From Lama guanicoe (lineage: Eukaryota), in NCBI GenBank assembly GCA_013239625.1, contig MU054187.1, forward strand, positions 22,323,280 through 22,387,279: a stretch of 64,000 nucleotides of DNA, given 5' to 3'. Below are positions 50,831 through 63,390 of the stretch, piece by piece. A program made the translations under genes and the position numbers. The notes under the pieces were generated by a model, which saw only the letters and a program-made list of their open reading frames with translations, ran no database searches and was not told where the DNA came from. Each line of letters begins with the position of its first letter. Within the stretch, counting starts at the first letter, position 1.

Positions 50831-51499
50831 TCCCATGAATAGTCTGTCAGGTTTCTCTTCTCCCAGAACTCCACATGGGATGCAAGGCACAAGTCCTTTT
50901 TGAGGCCAAAACTCATCAGGGATGGTGCCTGCTCTGGAGTTTACTGTCTGGCTTCAAATCCCGTTTCAAAATGTTTTAAGTGTGTGACCTGGGCAGCTTA
51001 CTTGATATTTCTGCATCAGAATCCTCATGTAGAAAATGGAGTTAATAATTCCACCTACGAAGAGGTGTTGGGAGAATTATAAAAGGTCATCCTTATAAAG
51101 TGCTTAGAACACTCTAACACATGGTTACTTCTCGGGAAACACCGCCGTCATCACTGACACTCACAAAGAATTCATCCAGGAAGGGATGGGGGCAAATGGG
51201 CAGGCAGAGAGTAAAGCTTCACATTGGATCTCAACTCTCCAGCTCTTCTTTCTCAAACCAAGGGGACACATTTTTGGTTGTTGAGTTTCTGTTTTAGTTT
51301 AAACCTTGTGACTTAAAATCACTCTTTTCTCTGCATCCTACGGTTGTGTTATGGTATACTCTTTGCTTCAAGCCCTTGGCTTTGGTTCTTAATGCTTATA
51401 AGTCAAGATTTTAGAATTCAGAGAGCATTTTGCTCTCCCAAGCACCTGGCTCTTGGAACCCTTGATGCCCTGTATTAAAACTCAAAGCCACTAATCAAA

Positions 51500-51710
51500 G
51501 TGATAGCAATTGCTGACTCGGGGGTTGGGCACCAACGCAAGTGCTTTATACATTAACTCATTCAACCACCATAGCAACCGCATGGCATAAACATTATGAT
51601 TATTACCCCTTTTTACAGATGAAACAGGCACAGAGAGGGTCAGTGGGCCAAGTCCACAGAAAATAACTAGCAGAGCTGACCTTTGGCCTTTGAATCCTGG
51701 TAAGCCCATC
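51500..51710 (-). mobile_element. MIR SINE
   Basis: 'tacattaactcattcaacc...ttattacccctttttacagatgaaacaggcacagagagg'. Confidence 0.75.
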
Positions 51711-52164
51711 CCCCCTGCATCCCCACCCCCCTCCTCTCTGCTCTAGGCTCCTGTCCACGACCTTGCATAACCACTCAAGAGCTTGCTCTAGCTCTTTCAC
51801 ATTCTCTTTTTCTCACAACACTTTATCTCAGCCTCAAGGACACTTCTTTTAGCTCTTTGTTTGATATCACTTCTGACTTCAAAAAAGTTACAAAAATAAC
51901 ACAAAGAATTTCTTACAGCCATCACCCAAATTCTGTACATGGTAACATTTTACCATGCTTTCTTTACTATTCTGTCTTTCCGTCTTGTCTCTGTCTGTGT
52001 ACAGTTATATATTTATAAATACATCAAACTTCTTGAGAGTAAGTTGCAGACATATCTCTTTGCCCTTAAATATTTCTGCGTTTGTCTCCTAAAAAAACAA
52101 AGATATTGCCTTACATAGTTTAGAACAATGATTAAAATCAGGACATTAACAATGTTAACACTAC

Positions 52165-52353
52165 TAGCGGTGGAAAGCTGGTAAATGTTTAACAACCAGC
52201 TCTCTGGGTTTAAAAAAAACTCTGGCCTTGTCATATTTGCTACTTCCCACTAGGGCCAATTTCAAGCCATCAACCTGATGTCACTAAACTTGGGGTTGAA
52301 AGATGTCACAGTCAGTTCTTGTGAACTGGTACAAGCCAACACACGAAACCACT
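52165..52353. mobile_element. MER63-like hAT MITE
   Basis: 'gctggtaaatgtttaacaaccagctctc...gtgaactggtacaagcc...accactg'. Confidence 0.65.
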
Positions 52354-54364
52354 GAAAAAGAACACTTACCTAGGATAATGGCAGTAAAATTTACAAAGCA
52401 CGAAGGAGAAAGGAAAAAATATATATTTATGAAAATGAAAACATTTTCTTACTACTTCGTTGAACTACGTTCCATTGGTAACCGCCTCAGTTTCATCTAA
52501 GGACAGTTGTCATCCAGTACCAGGAAGAGAAAGTGTGGCTTAACAGTCACAACTTTATGTAAAAGATTAACATGCTTTATATAAAACACAGCACATGATT
52601 GCTTTGGATGTGGCTTCCAAAGCAAGTAAGGAAAGTTTGATATGCAGAATTAGAGAGATGAGAATCCTGCTCTGTGATTATTCTCATTCGCAGTTTCTGT
52701 AGCTGCCAGATACTGTGCATTTGAAGCTGTGAGGCTGAATCTGCAAGGATGGGAATAAAGACAACAAACCTGAAGTCTCAAGAGTCTAATGTTGCCATGC
52801 AATCACGGCACTTGAGCGGAAAATTGATACGCGTCTTACTTTGAATTGAATACACACGCACATAATAACGTCGTTTCTCTAAGGCGTTTGAGAATTCGTA
52901 AAAAGAATTAAAATGCACAGGGAAAAAACATAGAGATAAATATCCCACTAGATCAGCCTCCCTCCAAGGAATAAAACCCTAGGAAAAAAGTATTGGTTGG
53001 GTAAATGGCATTACTCTCATCTTCAAACCAGTATCGGTAGAAACATGTAGAAACATTTAGAAAAACTGAACAGAATATTTTATTTTATTGCAATTATTTC
53101 CTTTTAATTGAGCATAACTTACAAATTCAATAAAATATAGGAAAAATTAATTGCATATGAGTAACTTATTTAATGAAACAATCATGCAGATCAATTTTAA
53201 AGAGATATATATTATGTAAAATAATATTAGCCCACAATAGATTAGGTTTAAATTTAGGCATATTTACACAGTATCTCATTTCAGAAATATATGTATTAGT
53301 GGATTTCCACCACTGTTGACTTAGCAGACATTGACTCTTCACTTGGAATTTGGAGTATTCTCACAAAGTGATGTTTGTTACAGCATCATTATCAACTACA
53401 TGAGGTAAAGAAGTATTTGATAGTGATTATAAATCAATTATTTTCACCAAAACAAAATGAAATGTAGTTTAAAGGATACCAAAATAAATAAAACATATCC
53501 CACAGAGAAAATGTTATAGATAGATTAAAATGGAGATGTGGACATTGGGATCACAACCAAAATAGATGAACGCTGTAGAGATGAAAACCCACAAAAAGAT
53601 ATCTGCCTATTTCTCTGATGATACAGAGAATAGAATCTGGGTTAAAAGGACCTAAAGCAAGTTGACCCACCTGTGAAGCTGTAAAATGAAACTAAGTAAA
53701 AGGAGATGATTTCAGAGGGCGTCTTTGTCAGGATTTTGCTTAGCTGGAAGGAGCACTCCTGAGTTATACAACCCCACTTGTGTGTGTCGGCATTAGGACC
53801 ACTCGCTGCCCCAGCCAGCAGAGGCTTAAGGAGATTTTCTTCAGGGCAACACAAGTGATGGAATCCCAAGCTAGAAAGAGTTCACGTTATAAACCCGCAA
53901 CACATCATCCAACTGGCTCCGTCAGATGGCATCAGGTTAGTGGTGTCATTTAGAGGTGGAAGGAATAGGGGAAGGGGGTGGAGAATCAAAAGTGTTTCAT
54001 TGATCAACAATTCCCGCAGCCATCCCTGAGCTTTATTACTTCCCTTGCCCCCTGATACCTCCACCGCGGGTCCTGTTATTTCAGACACTAATCTCAACCC
54101 ACACAGTTGAAGATTTATCTTTCTGCAGTTGAGTCATCCTGCATTCAGGCATTTTCTCTTAATTTTTAAATACAGTGTGAAAGGCACACCTTTCACCTGA
54201 TACCTTTTAGGGTAATCAAACTGAGGTTACTGGAGAAACAAGAATAGACAGAAGACAGCTAAACAGAGCATACAGGACACATGTTAGCCAGCTCTCCCTT
54301 ATGACTGAGGCTAGCTTCGCCACTTTTAAAATGCAAATGTATGTCAGGGAATAATCATAATCCT

Positions 54365-54493
54365 TTTTTTTTTTATTTTTTGGGGGGGTGGTAATTAGGT
54401 TTATTTATTTTTTTAGAGGAGGTGCTGGGGATTGAACCCAGAACCTCGCACATGCTAAGCGTGTGCTCTACCACTTGAGCTACACCGTCCCCC
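54365..54493 (-). mobile_element. tRNA-derived camelid-type SINE
   Basis: Complete head and tail; perfect 12-bp TSD AATCATAATCCT at 54353-54364 and 54494-54505. Confidence 0.95.
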
Positions 54494-55699
54494 AATCATA
54501 ATCCTAAAAACTCATCTTCATTGAATGTTTACTATGATCCAAGTGCCTTGTCATTCATTCATTTATTTACTCAATTACTAAGGACCAAACACTAGTTTTG
54601 GTACATATGTTATAGCACTGAAGAAAGCAGATAATAACCCTGCTTTCACGGAGTAAACATATTAGTGATAAACAATATCAACAGATCATGAGCTATGTTG
54701 AAAAATAAAAAGTGGAGAAAGATGATTAACAAGGGATGATATTGTCTCATTTAATATTCATAGCAAACCTAAGAAGTACAAATGAAAAAGCAGGAGATTC
54801 TGAGAGGTTAAGTAACCGGGTCAAGGTCACACAGCTGAGAGTGGAAAAGGTAACCTTGAGCGCTTAACCATTGTGTGGCTCACCTGCTTATTTTTGTTTA
54901 ATTATGTGCACTGTTTGATCAAAGAGCGGGACAAAGAACAGAAAAGAAGAAAGCGAGGAAAAACACGGTACCTCTCAGAACTCCTAAAAAAGGCTAAATC
55001 ATAGTGTAGTGTCACCACTGCCAGTCATTAAAACCTCCCTGGTGCCAGCTGCGGAGTGCCCAGCCTTCTTTGCCTGTCCCCACATGTCCTCACCATGCTG
55101 CATTTACACTTCTTCATCTATTTTCTAGCTTCTCCATTGGCCTGTGTGCTGCTTGAGGGCAGGGACCATCTTTCATTCATTTCATTCATGTGTTATATTC
55201 ACAATATCTAACACGGTCTCAGGACCATAGTTGGTGGCCAATAATTGCTGGATAAATAAACTAGTAATTAAGTTAGAATTTGAGAGAAATCCTTTTGAAG
55301 ACGACAGCCCGAGTCATCTGTGTGCCAAGTATTCCTTCCCACAGCCCGGAATCCTCTTGGCACATTGGTTGAGAGCTCTGACAGCAGGGTCAGAAACCCA
55401 AGGATAGAGTCTCAGCCCCAAAACTTGTATATCTTGTGGTTCTTCACTCAATTTCTCTAAGCCTCACTTTCTTTGCCTGCAAAACATAGATAATGAAAGT
55501 TTCTAAATTTTCGCTGATGTAAGTATTAGATATGATCGTTCATGATCTATTCTTAGCAATAAGGCTAATGCTCTGTAATTGCTTCCTACATGTTAGCTGC
55601 CGTTAGTAGTAATGGTACTAGTGGTAGTATCTGACTCAAGATTATAATTACAGAGAGAGTATCTTCTCCTAAATGGTTTAAGTCAAGAACTTTTTTTTT

Positions 55700-56500
55700 T
55701 TTTGAGTAAAAGTAGATTCATTTAGAGAGATGTACACGGCGGGGAGGGGAGTGGTAAATGCAGATACACACTCCAGAGACAGCATGCGGGCAAGAGAGGG
55801 AGCAACTGCATGGCTCAGGGTTGCTGGGTTTTATATGCTAACAAGTGAGGGGATTGTTCCAACTGCCCTGGGGAAGGGGCAGGGATTCCCAGGAACTGGC
55901 CCTCCACTTGACCTCTCATGGTTAGGTTCAGAACTGTCATGGCACTGGTGCGTGTGTCATTCACCATGCTAATGAAGCTAATGAAGCTCAAGGTCCACTG
56001 GAGGTCGAAACTCCCGCCACCTTGGGCCTCCAGGTCTATTGGGAGTTGAGTTTTCCGCCATCTTGGTGCTAATTGCTGTGGCATTCCTTTGATAGCTATG
56101 TCCTGCCCCCTTCCTTCCTGTCTCATTCCCCTCCCGCCTCATTCCCCTCTCAGAGATTTTACTCCCATAATCTTATGGTGGTGGCAGTCTGTCTTCTGTA
56201 GCTACTCCAGGGCTGAATAGGGGCGTTGACCCTGCCTGATAAAATTTTCTGAATGCCTAATCTAGGGGCCGCAGGGGCAGGACAGCTTTTTGCTTCTGGA
56301 GTCTGAGGGCAGTATGGGCTGGAATTCTCACATAGCTATCATCTTGACGGGGAACTGTTGTAACCGCTTCTGTAATGTTTCTGTGAATCTTAAAGGTGAA
56401 GCACCTCTTGCAACAGCATCAAAGCACAACAATAACTGTCTAAAAAAAGACTTAAAAGACACCTTAAACACCTGGTTACAATGTAAGTGGTAGGCTTGCC
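55700..56500 (-). mobile_element. ERV1-class 3' LTR (~55700-56125) with polypurine tract and env-tail remnant
   Basis: The minus strand reads env-tail-like ...TLQKRLQQFPVKMIAM*EFQPI..., then the purine tract 'gagaggggaa' and an LTR beginning TGAG. Confidence 0.7.
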
Positions 56501-57499
56501 TACAGTAACTAGAATTATCACTGATTATAAGGTCAAGAAGTTTTTGGATAAGACTTCTTTATAATCAGAATGTTGTAACCTACTTATTCTTCCTGTCAAA
56601 ATCCGCCTTATCCTTCATGGCGTTGAAGGCCCAATAGTTTTCCAAACCCAAACCAAACCAGAAGGTTAAGATGGCAATTTTAAGATGGCAGGTTGACATT
56701 TTGGGTTAGGAGTTCTCAGAGCACCACTTAAGAAGCTGTCTGCTCTCCTTGTCACATGATTAAGAAGAAATGCAGGTGCTAATTCATGGTTGATCCATTC
56801 ATGGTTTTCAAACTTTCATGAGTGACAAGCTGTAGAATTGCTCTTCAGAAGCAGAGTTAGGACCTACGACAGGAAGTGTCCCTGGGGTGTGTCTGCTCTG
56901 TAAGGTGCTCTAAGGACTTCGGTGGCTCTAGTTTGCCTTTGATGGCATCAACATATTGGCCTCTCATAAAATAATAAGAATGATAAAATCACAGCACAAT
57001 GAAATTGCAATGACATCATATGTTCAAACACTTTTATAGCTTCGATGAGTTCATTTTTTAAAAGCTTATGAATTACTTTTGTTCACTTTCTAATGCCAGT
57101 ATCCAAATAGTCTCAATCTCCTTAGGTTTTCCTCCTATCTCACTTACTGTTTATGTCCAATAATAATACTGATGCTGGCTGTTCCCGGATACCCTTACTT
57201 CTACATCTTGCCCCTCTATACTTTTCTATAAGACCATTGCCTATAAAGAATTTTGAAACAAAATTATTTTGAAATTGTCTAGCCACCACATTTAAATAAC
57301 TGAAACAAAACCCAAACAAACCAGAAAACCAAAAAAAATGACCAAACCAAATAATGCGAGAAATGTCACCTAATATTGTTTTCTTCACAAAAATAATGAA
57401 AGGAAAAAATCCACAAGATGCTGATGCAAAGTTGGACCATGCAATGTGCTGAGCCTCCTAATCTTCCTGTTCTGACCCCTTTCTAAGTCACCAACAAGG

Positions 57500-57960
57500 T
57501 GACTAAGAAAGGGATTCATCACCCCAAATAGCACAAGATGGCTGAACACACGACACTTGACACTGGACAGGTGAGAATGACAGCAGTTTATTAGTCACAT
57601 AACTCACACATGAAGGTAAATAGACACTGTGCACCATGGAGGGCCCCACAGGGATTGCACTCAGGAGCAGAGTGAACCAACAAAGGTGTGAGAGGCGTGC
57701 TTTGCAGTAACGAGTGGATGGGGTGCCTCCTGCTTCCCGCGGGAGGCTGTAATTGCTTCTTTGAATAATTTGCAGACGAGCAGAGGTTAAACCCATTTAA
57801 GTTAGGGACTAGGTTTCACACAGCTGGTCCAGCTGAAAGAGGACCTAGGCAGGCAAGGACCCTCTCCTGATGGGTGGGAGGCATATCTGGTGAGAGCAGG
57901 AGAACTCACAGTAAGGCCTCTGAGGCTCAAGGATGTCATGTAGCACTTGAAATTTTATGT
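57500..57960 (-). mobile_element. MER76-like ERVL LTR
   Basis: 'acacttgacactggacaggtgagaatgacagcagtttattagtcacataactcaca...ttgcactcaggagcagagtgaac' matches recalled MER76. Confidence 0.7.
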
Positions 57961-58214
57961 CTCACTCCTTTATGCTGTTGACTAAACAAATTCCTAAGAA
58001 TTCTCCCTAATATTCCAATACTTAGCCTTTGAAGTAAAGGTAAGTGAGTCATCTAATTTTTGCTGTAGAGCTGAGTGATGGGAGAAACTGGTCCAATTGG
58101 GGAAATAACCATGAGATTGACTCACACACAGTGAGACACACTGAACTGGAGGACTGATCTGCCACATGATGGTACTCATTCTTGGCAATTATTTGTCAAG
58201 CAGGTAGTGAAGCT

Positions 58215-58590
58215 CTGGCGGAAACAATGTTGTGTGTTCACCAAACCCACCTAAAGTTCCTGCTGAGCACACATTTTCTATGCATCTCCAAGTTACTCTG
58301 CAAAAACATGGGGCCATGAGACTAAGTTTCATCCAATGGAATGTGGGTGAAAGTTACAAATGATACTTCTAGACCCATGTGAGATCCTTCGTTTTCTCTT
58401 CGCTTTCCATGAAGACCCTGGAAGCCACATAAATTGAAGATAGCCTCACAAAATAGAAGGAGTTTAGTCCTGGAATTACTACGATATCCTTCCCCCCACA
58501 ATAGCCTCATTGGACTAGGACATAAGTGAACTATAATAAACTTTTATTGTGTTAAATCTCCCAAGTTCTGAGAATGACTCGTTACGGCAG
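58215..58590 (+). mobile_element. Old MaLR LTR (MLT1H/J-like)
   Basis: 'ggccatgagactaagtttcatccaatggaatgtgggtgaaagt', 'aataaacttttattgtgttaa', 'gttacggcag'. Confidence 0.7.
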
Positions 58591-58849
58591 ATAGTTTAGC
58601 CCTAATAGATAACCCCTGGACAGAACATTAAGAAAACTTCAGATGTGGGAGGAGAACATTGTTACAAACACTAGATAGAGTTTCCTCTGAATAATCCCTT
58701 CCTCTTATCTTGCTTTGTGCTGCAGAAAATATCTCAAAATTGTATTACAGGAAAGAAAGTCAACTCCCCTTAGGTACAGTGGGAAAAGAATCAGTAATTA
58801 AATGTACTAGAGAAAGATGAATTCTGAACAACACTAACTAAATAAGGAT

Positions 58850-59640
58850 AAGGTGAAAAGAAATGGGTAGACAATCTACTATCTTAATCAATAAAATAAG
58901 AGCTAAAAATAAGATGATAAGAAAAGAACAGGAGATGAAATGAGAGACTAAGAATTCATTTGAGGGGCAAAACAGCATCACTACAGATAAAGAAAATGAA
59001 TGGACAGAGAGGAAAATTGAATTCATGAAAGAGATGAAAGTTTTGAGAAAATCACTAATAAGATCAGTCATGAGGTTAAAATATGGGAGAAGGGGGTGGG
59101 TATTGAAATAATTAAATATAAATAAATAGATAAGGAGCACAGATATCTGCAATTAAATGGCAGACATCCTGAAACTAGAGAACTGAACAAGTGTAATGAC
59201 AAAAGCCTCCAAAGAATTACCATCAACAAATAACCTGCAAATAAAGAACGATTCCAGCAGACGGAACACACGTTATCAACGCTAACCAAGCCATAGCTTA
59301 GTAAAGCCACAACATTTTAAAAATAAAGAAAACCAACAGAAGAAAGAAAAAGGAGTGGGGAGAGAGAACAGGGGCAAGGAAAGGAAAAGTGAGTAAAAGA
59401 AGATGTTCTTCAGGCACTGGGCAGAAAAAAAATATTCCACTGGAAAGGAGAAAGAATTGAGGCACAGCACGACGTAAGACTAAACATAGTGAAGAAATAC
59501 ATGCAGGAAATGTCCAAAGGGAAAAAAACCCATATGGTCCAAGGAGATGACACTCAACCAGGAGGTCAGAATATCAAACAGAACTTCCAAATTTGAAAAA
59601 AAAAAACTGCAGGAATGCAGGACTCCTGGGTTGTTACTAG
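58850..59640 (+). mobile_element. Highly decayed L1 ORF1-like/HAL1 remnant
   Basis: A-rich strand bias; 'ccaagccatagcttagtaaag...ttttaaaaataaaga' is ORF1-like. Confidence 0.35.
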
Positions 59641-59849
59641 GGGAAGGGAAGGAAGGAGAAAGGGAGGGAAGAAGGAAGAAAGGAAGAAAAGCAAAAAAAA
59701 AAAAAAGAGCAAGAAAAAACCCCCAAATTACTGAACTCAGAAATGGAAAATCTATGTAAAAGGACTTGAGGGGGGAACCGGGGGTGGAATGAAATTCACC
59801 TAAATGTGGAATAAATACTAACATATTATTTTCAAAAAATAGTGGTATA

Positions 59850-60062
59850 CAGTTGATCTTTGAACAACACAGGTTTGAACTGCACAAGTCTACTTACCTA
59901 CGGATTTTTTTCAATAAATGTATACTGCAGTACTGCACAACTCTGGGTTGCTTGGATCTGTGAATATGGAGGGCTGACTGCAAAGTTACATGCAGATTTT
60001 TGACTGCTGGCGGGGAGGAGCAGTTCACATCGCTTACCCCTAAGCTGTTCAAGGGTCAACTG
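59850..60062. mobile_element. Tigger2/MER8-like MITE inside an L1MB fragment
   Basis: TIRs CAGTTGATCTTTGAACA and TGTTCAAGGGTCAACTG, flanked by a TA duplication at 59848-59849 and 60063-60064. Confidence 0.88.
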
Positions 60063-60775
60063 TACATATACAATGGAATATTATTCAGTCATAAAAAAAC
60101 AGGGAAGTCCTACCACTGGTGACAACATGGATGGAGCTCAAAGGCACTACACTAAGTGAAATAAGTCAGACAGAGAAATATTGTATGAACTCACTTATAT
60201 GTGGAATCTAAGACAAAAAAACCCCACCAACCTCATAGGAAAAGAGATCAGATTGGTGGTTACCAGAGGCGGAGGTTTGGGGTAGGGGCAGTGAGAGGAA
60301 GGTGGTCATAAAGGTACAAACTTCCAGTTTTAAGGTAAATAAGTTCTAGTGTTAACATGTTATCCCTGCTGTAGGACATGTAGGTAAGTCATTAAGACAG
60401 TAGATCCCAAGAGTTCTCATCACAAGGAGAAAATTTTCTTTTCTTTTTTTGTATCTAAGTGAGATGACAGATGTTAACAAAACCTGTTGTGGTAATCATT
60501 TCACAATACATGTAAATCTAATTTGACATTGAGGGGAGGGTATAGCTCAAGTGGTACAGAGCATGCTTAGCATACACAAGGTCCTGGGTTCAATCCCCAG
60601 TAACACCTCTAAAAAATAAATAAATAAGTAAATGTAATTACCTACCCCCCCCCAAAAAAACCAAAAAAAAGTAAAAAAAAAAAAATTGAAAAAAAATTTC
60701 GGCATCACATTGTACCCCTTAAACTTATACAGTGGCCTATGTCCATTATGTCTCAATAAACCTGGGGAAAAAAGT
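60063..60775 (+). mobile_element. L1MB-like 3' end containing a SINE
   Basis: 'tacaatggaatattattcagtcataaaaa', 'ctaagtgaaataagtcagacagag', 'gttctcatcacaagg'; ends 'tctcaataaacctggggaaaaaa'. Confidence 0.85.
60533..60696 (+). mobile_element. tRNA-derived camelid-type SINE
   Basis: 'ggggagggtatagctcaagtggtacagagcatgcttagcatacacaaggtcctgggttcaatccccag' with a long A tail. Confidence 0.92.
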
Positions 60776-62140
60776 AAAAACTGAGAAGAGGTAGGAAAAA
60801 AATTCAATTTGACCTTAAACTCAAAAACAAAGCAAAACAAATGGAATGTAAAATAATAGAAGTAAAATGCAATTTGACAGTTTAAAAAAAGAGTTCAACT
60901 AACCAATGGGGATGCAGGCACCAATGTGAAAGGGGGCAGCGGGAGTGAGGGACCCAAGGCTCTGGGCCCAGGTCTGCATTTGAGTTTTACTGGTTTCTTA
61001 ATTATGTAGCCTTGGGCAATCATGCACATTTTATTTATCTTCCTTTTCTTCCTAAAAATAAAAAATAAGGACACAGAGGAACTACTTATTATTTATAACT
61101 AAGATGATTGATTTCTTGAATATGCATAAGCACATGGGACTGTCCTTTATGATTGGATTACCACATTCTGTCGATTCTTAATTATTGGCTTTATTCCTTT
61201 GATAACTATGTAAGTTTAAAACGCTAAAGCTCAAATCTGTTCTTAGAAACAATGATCATATATGTAAACAATGTACATATATGTAAACTAAAAAATGTGC
61301 CATATACCCTACATATGTATTTACAAACAATATAATGAATATGTGCAATCAAACAGTAATAATTCTACCTAATAAAACTGAAAAAGGAAAAAGAAAAATA
61401 AATAAATAAATAATTTAAAAATTAAAAGTGAGGATGATACCTCTACCTCATGGGGTTGTTTTAAGGATTATACGATTTAATACACTTAGAGCATTTAGGA
61501 TAGTTCTTGGCGCATTATAATCACTCCATCAGTGTTAGCTTTGTTAGCAATGTCCTCACTTTTCAGAGCAGAGGCTTCAGTCAATACTGCTTAAGATGGA
61601 AATAAGTAATTCTTAAGAATGACTCCAACTTCTTAATGCATTTTATTATCTCTTTCCTTAAGCTTGGAGAAATCTTTTAGAACATAAGATCCCATCAATT
61701 TTATTCCTCTTAAATACTCATAAGCTTAAATACAATATTTTTCACTTAGAATATGATCTCATTCAAGAATTACTTTCACCAATTCATGTACCTATGCTTC
61801 CATCTATATCTACGCCTAGAAAAATACCTGGAGTAGTTATTTCTGAACGGTGGATTAACAGTAGCTTTTTTCTTTTAACTTTTTAAAAGTTTTCTTTTTC
61901 ATTATTTAACTTCTTTATATTGATCCCACACTATTAAAATAAAAATAATATTACACGGGAAGAAGAAAAATTGTCTCTTGCATTCCCTAGACTGTGGATC
62001 TTTAGGTGTTACACACTTGGGTATATCTACTGTTAGAATATTAAGGAAATTTACACATACACTTACTTTTTGTAAAATTAGCTGGTTATAGTCAGCAGAT
62101 CTTTTGCTTCAGCTCTCTACCCTAGTAGACCTGCAAGAGC

Positions 62141-62465
62141 TTTTTTTTTTTTAAATCATATTTATTCTTTTTTTTTAATCTTTTTCAATATTCTTTATCC
62201 CCCTCCCCCTTTCCCTTTGGTAAGCATAAGTTTGTTTTCTATGTCTGTGAGTCTGTTTCTGTTTTGTAAATAAGTTGATTTTTTTTTTAGATTCCACATA
62301 TAAGTGATATCATATAATACTTGTCTTTCTCTGCTTGACTTACTTCACTTAGTATGATAATCTCTAGGTCCATCCATGTTGCTGCAAATGGCAATATTTC
62401 ATTTTGTTTATAGCTAAACATATAGCTAAATTTTTATATGTATACCACATCTTCTTTATCCACAA
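62141..62465 (-). mobile_element. Short L1 3' fragment
   Basis: 'cataagtttgttttctatgtctgtgagtctg...gattccacatataagtgatatc...ttgctgcaaatggc'. Confidence 0.85.
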
Positions 62466-62984
62466 TGTCTTACATCACTTCAGACTTTTTCTAGACATTT
62501 ACAAATGTGCATACATGAGCTTAGAAAACATGTATCTATTCACTATTTGTTACATGTGTAAGATAAAACTACAAACATTGCTGTCTTAAGTCAGTTCCCT
62601 GGGAAATAGAGTTGAAATAGATTTACATGCAGAACGTTAAGGGGAGTGATCTCAGGATTAACACCTGTGGGAGAATAAAAGTACTGAACTGAGATGCTGC
62701 GAGCATTGGTACCCAGGTTGCTCTTGGCAACCACAATAATGCTATGCAATTTCATCCTTACGTAACCTATCCCACTCTTGCAAACAGAATTTACTTACAA
62801 ATTAGGTCAATGTTCAATTCCTCTAATGGAACAATATGTGAACAAACAGGCCAGAGTTCAGTACCTGGGCCAGGTATAAAAATCCACAAGAATGCTGACT
62901 TCCTAGCTCTTCTTTTCAATCTTGTTTATTTATTACAGCTCCGAGGGAGTTTTTCCAGGTTGACCGAGAAAAACACATCAAACA

Positions 62985-63390
62985 TGTAGTAGTTATTGCT
63001 GCAATAATGCTGCATAACAAATCAAATCAAATTCAATGGCTTCTGAAAACAAGCATTTATCCTTAGACTCAAGGATCTGCAAGTCAACTATAGTTCACCT
63101 GATTTACGCTAGGCTCAGCTAAATGGCTGTGCTCCTGGCTTCAGTCCAAACTATAGGTCAGGCTCAGGTTTGTTCTGGCTGAGGCATGTTCTCCTCAAGG
63201 CATGTAACTGTAATTCCAGGAGCAATCCAAATTAACACACTTAGAGCTTCTGCTCACAGCATGATTACTAACAAACCATTGGCCAAAGCAAGCCAACAGG
63301 CAGAGCCCAACGTCATGAAATTGTAGTATACTTCATCTACAGTGTGAGGGCACAGGGACTGAATACTTGCCGGATAATTATCCCAATTAT
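62985..63390 (-). mobile_element. Old MaLR LTR (MLT1G/H-like)
   Basis: 'ttattgctgcaataatgctgcataacaaa...aacaagcatttat...ccattggccaaagcaagcca'. Confidence 0.7.

Noticed and set aside
58838..59887. Hydrophobic membrane-protein-like ORFs on the minus strand
   Set aside because: The Phe/Leu richness comes from the antisense of A-rich decayed LINE and low-complexity DNA.
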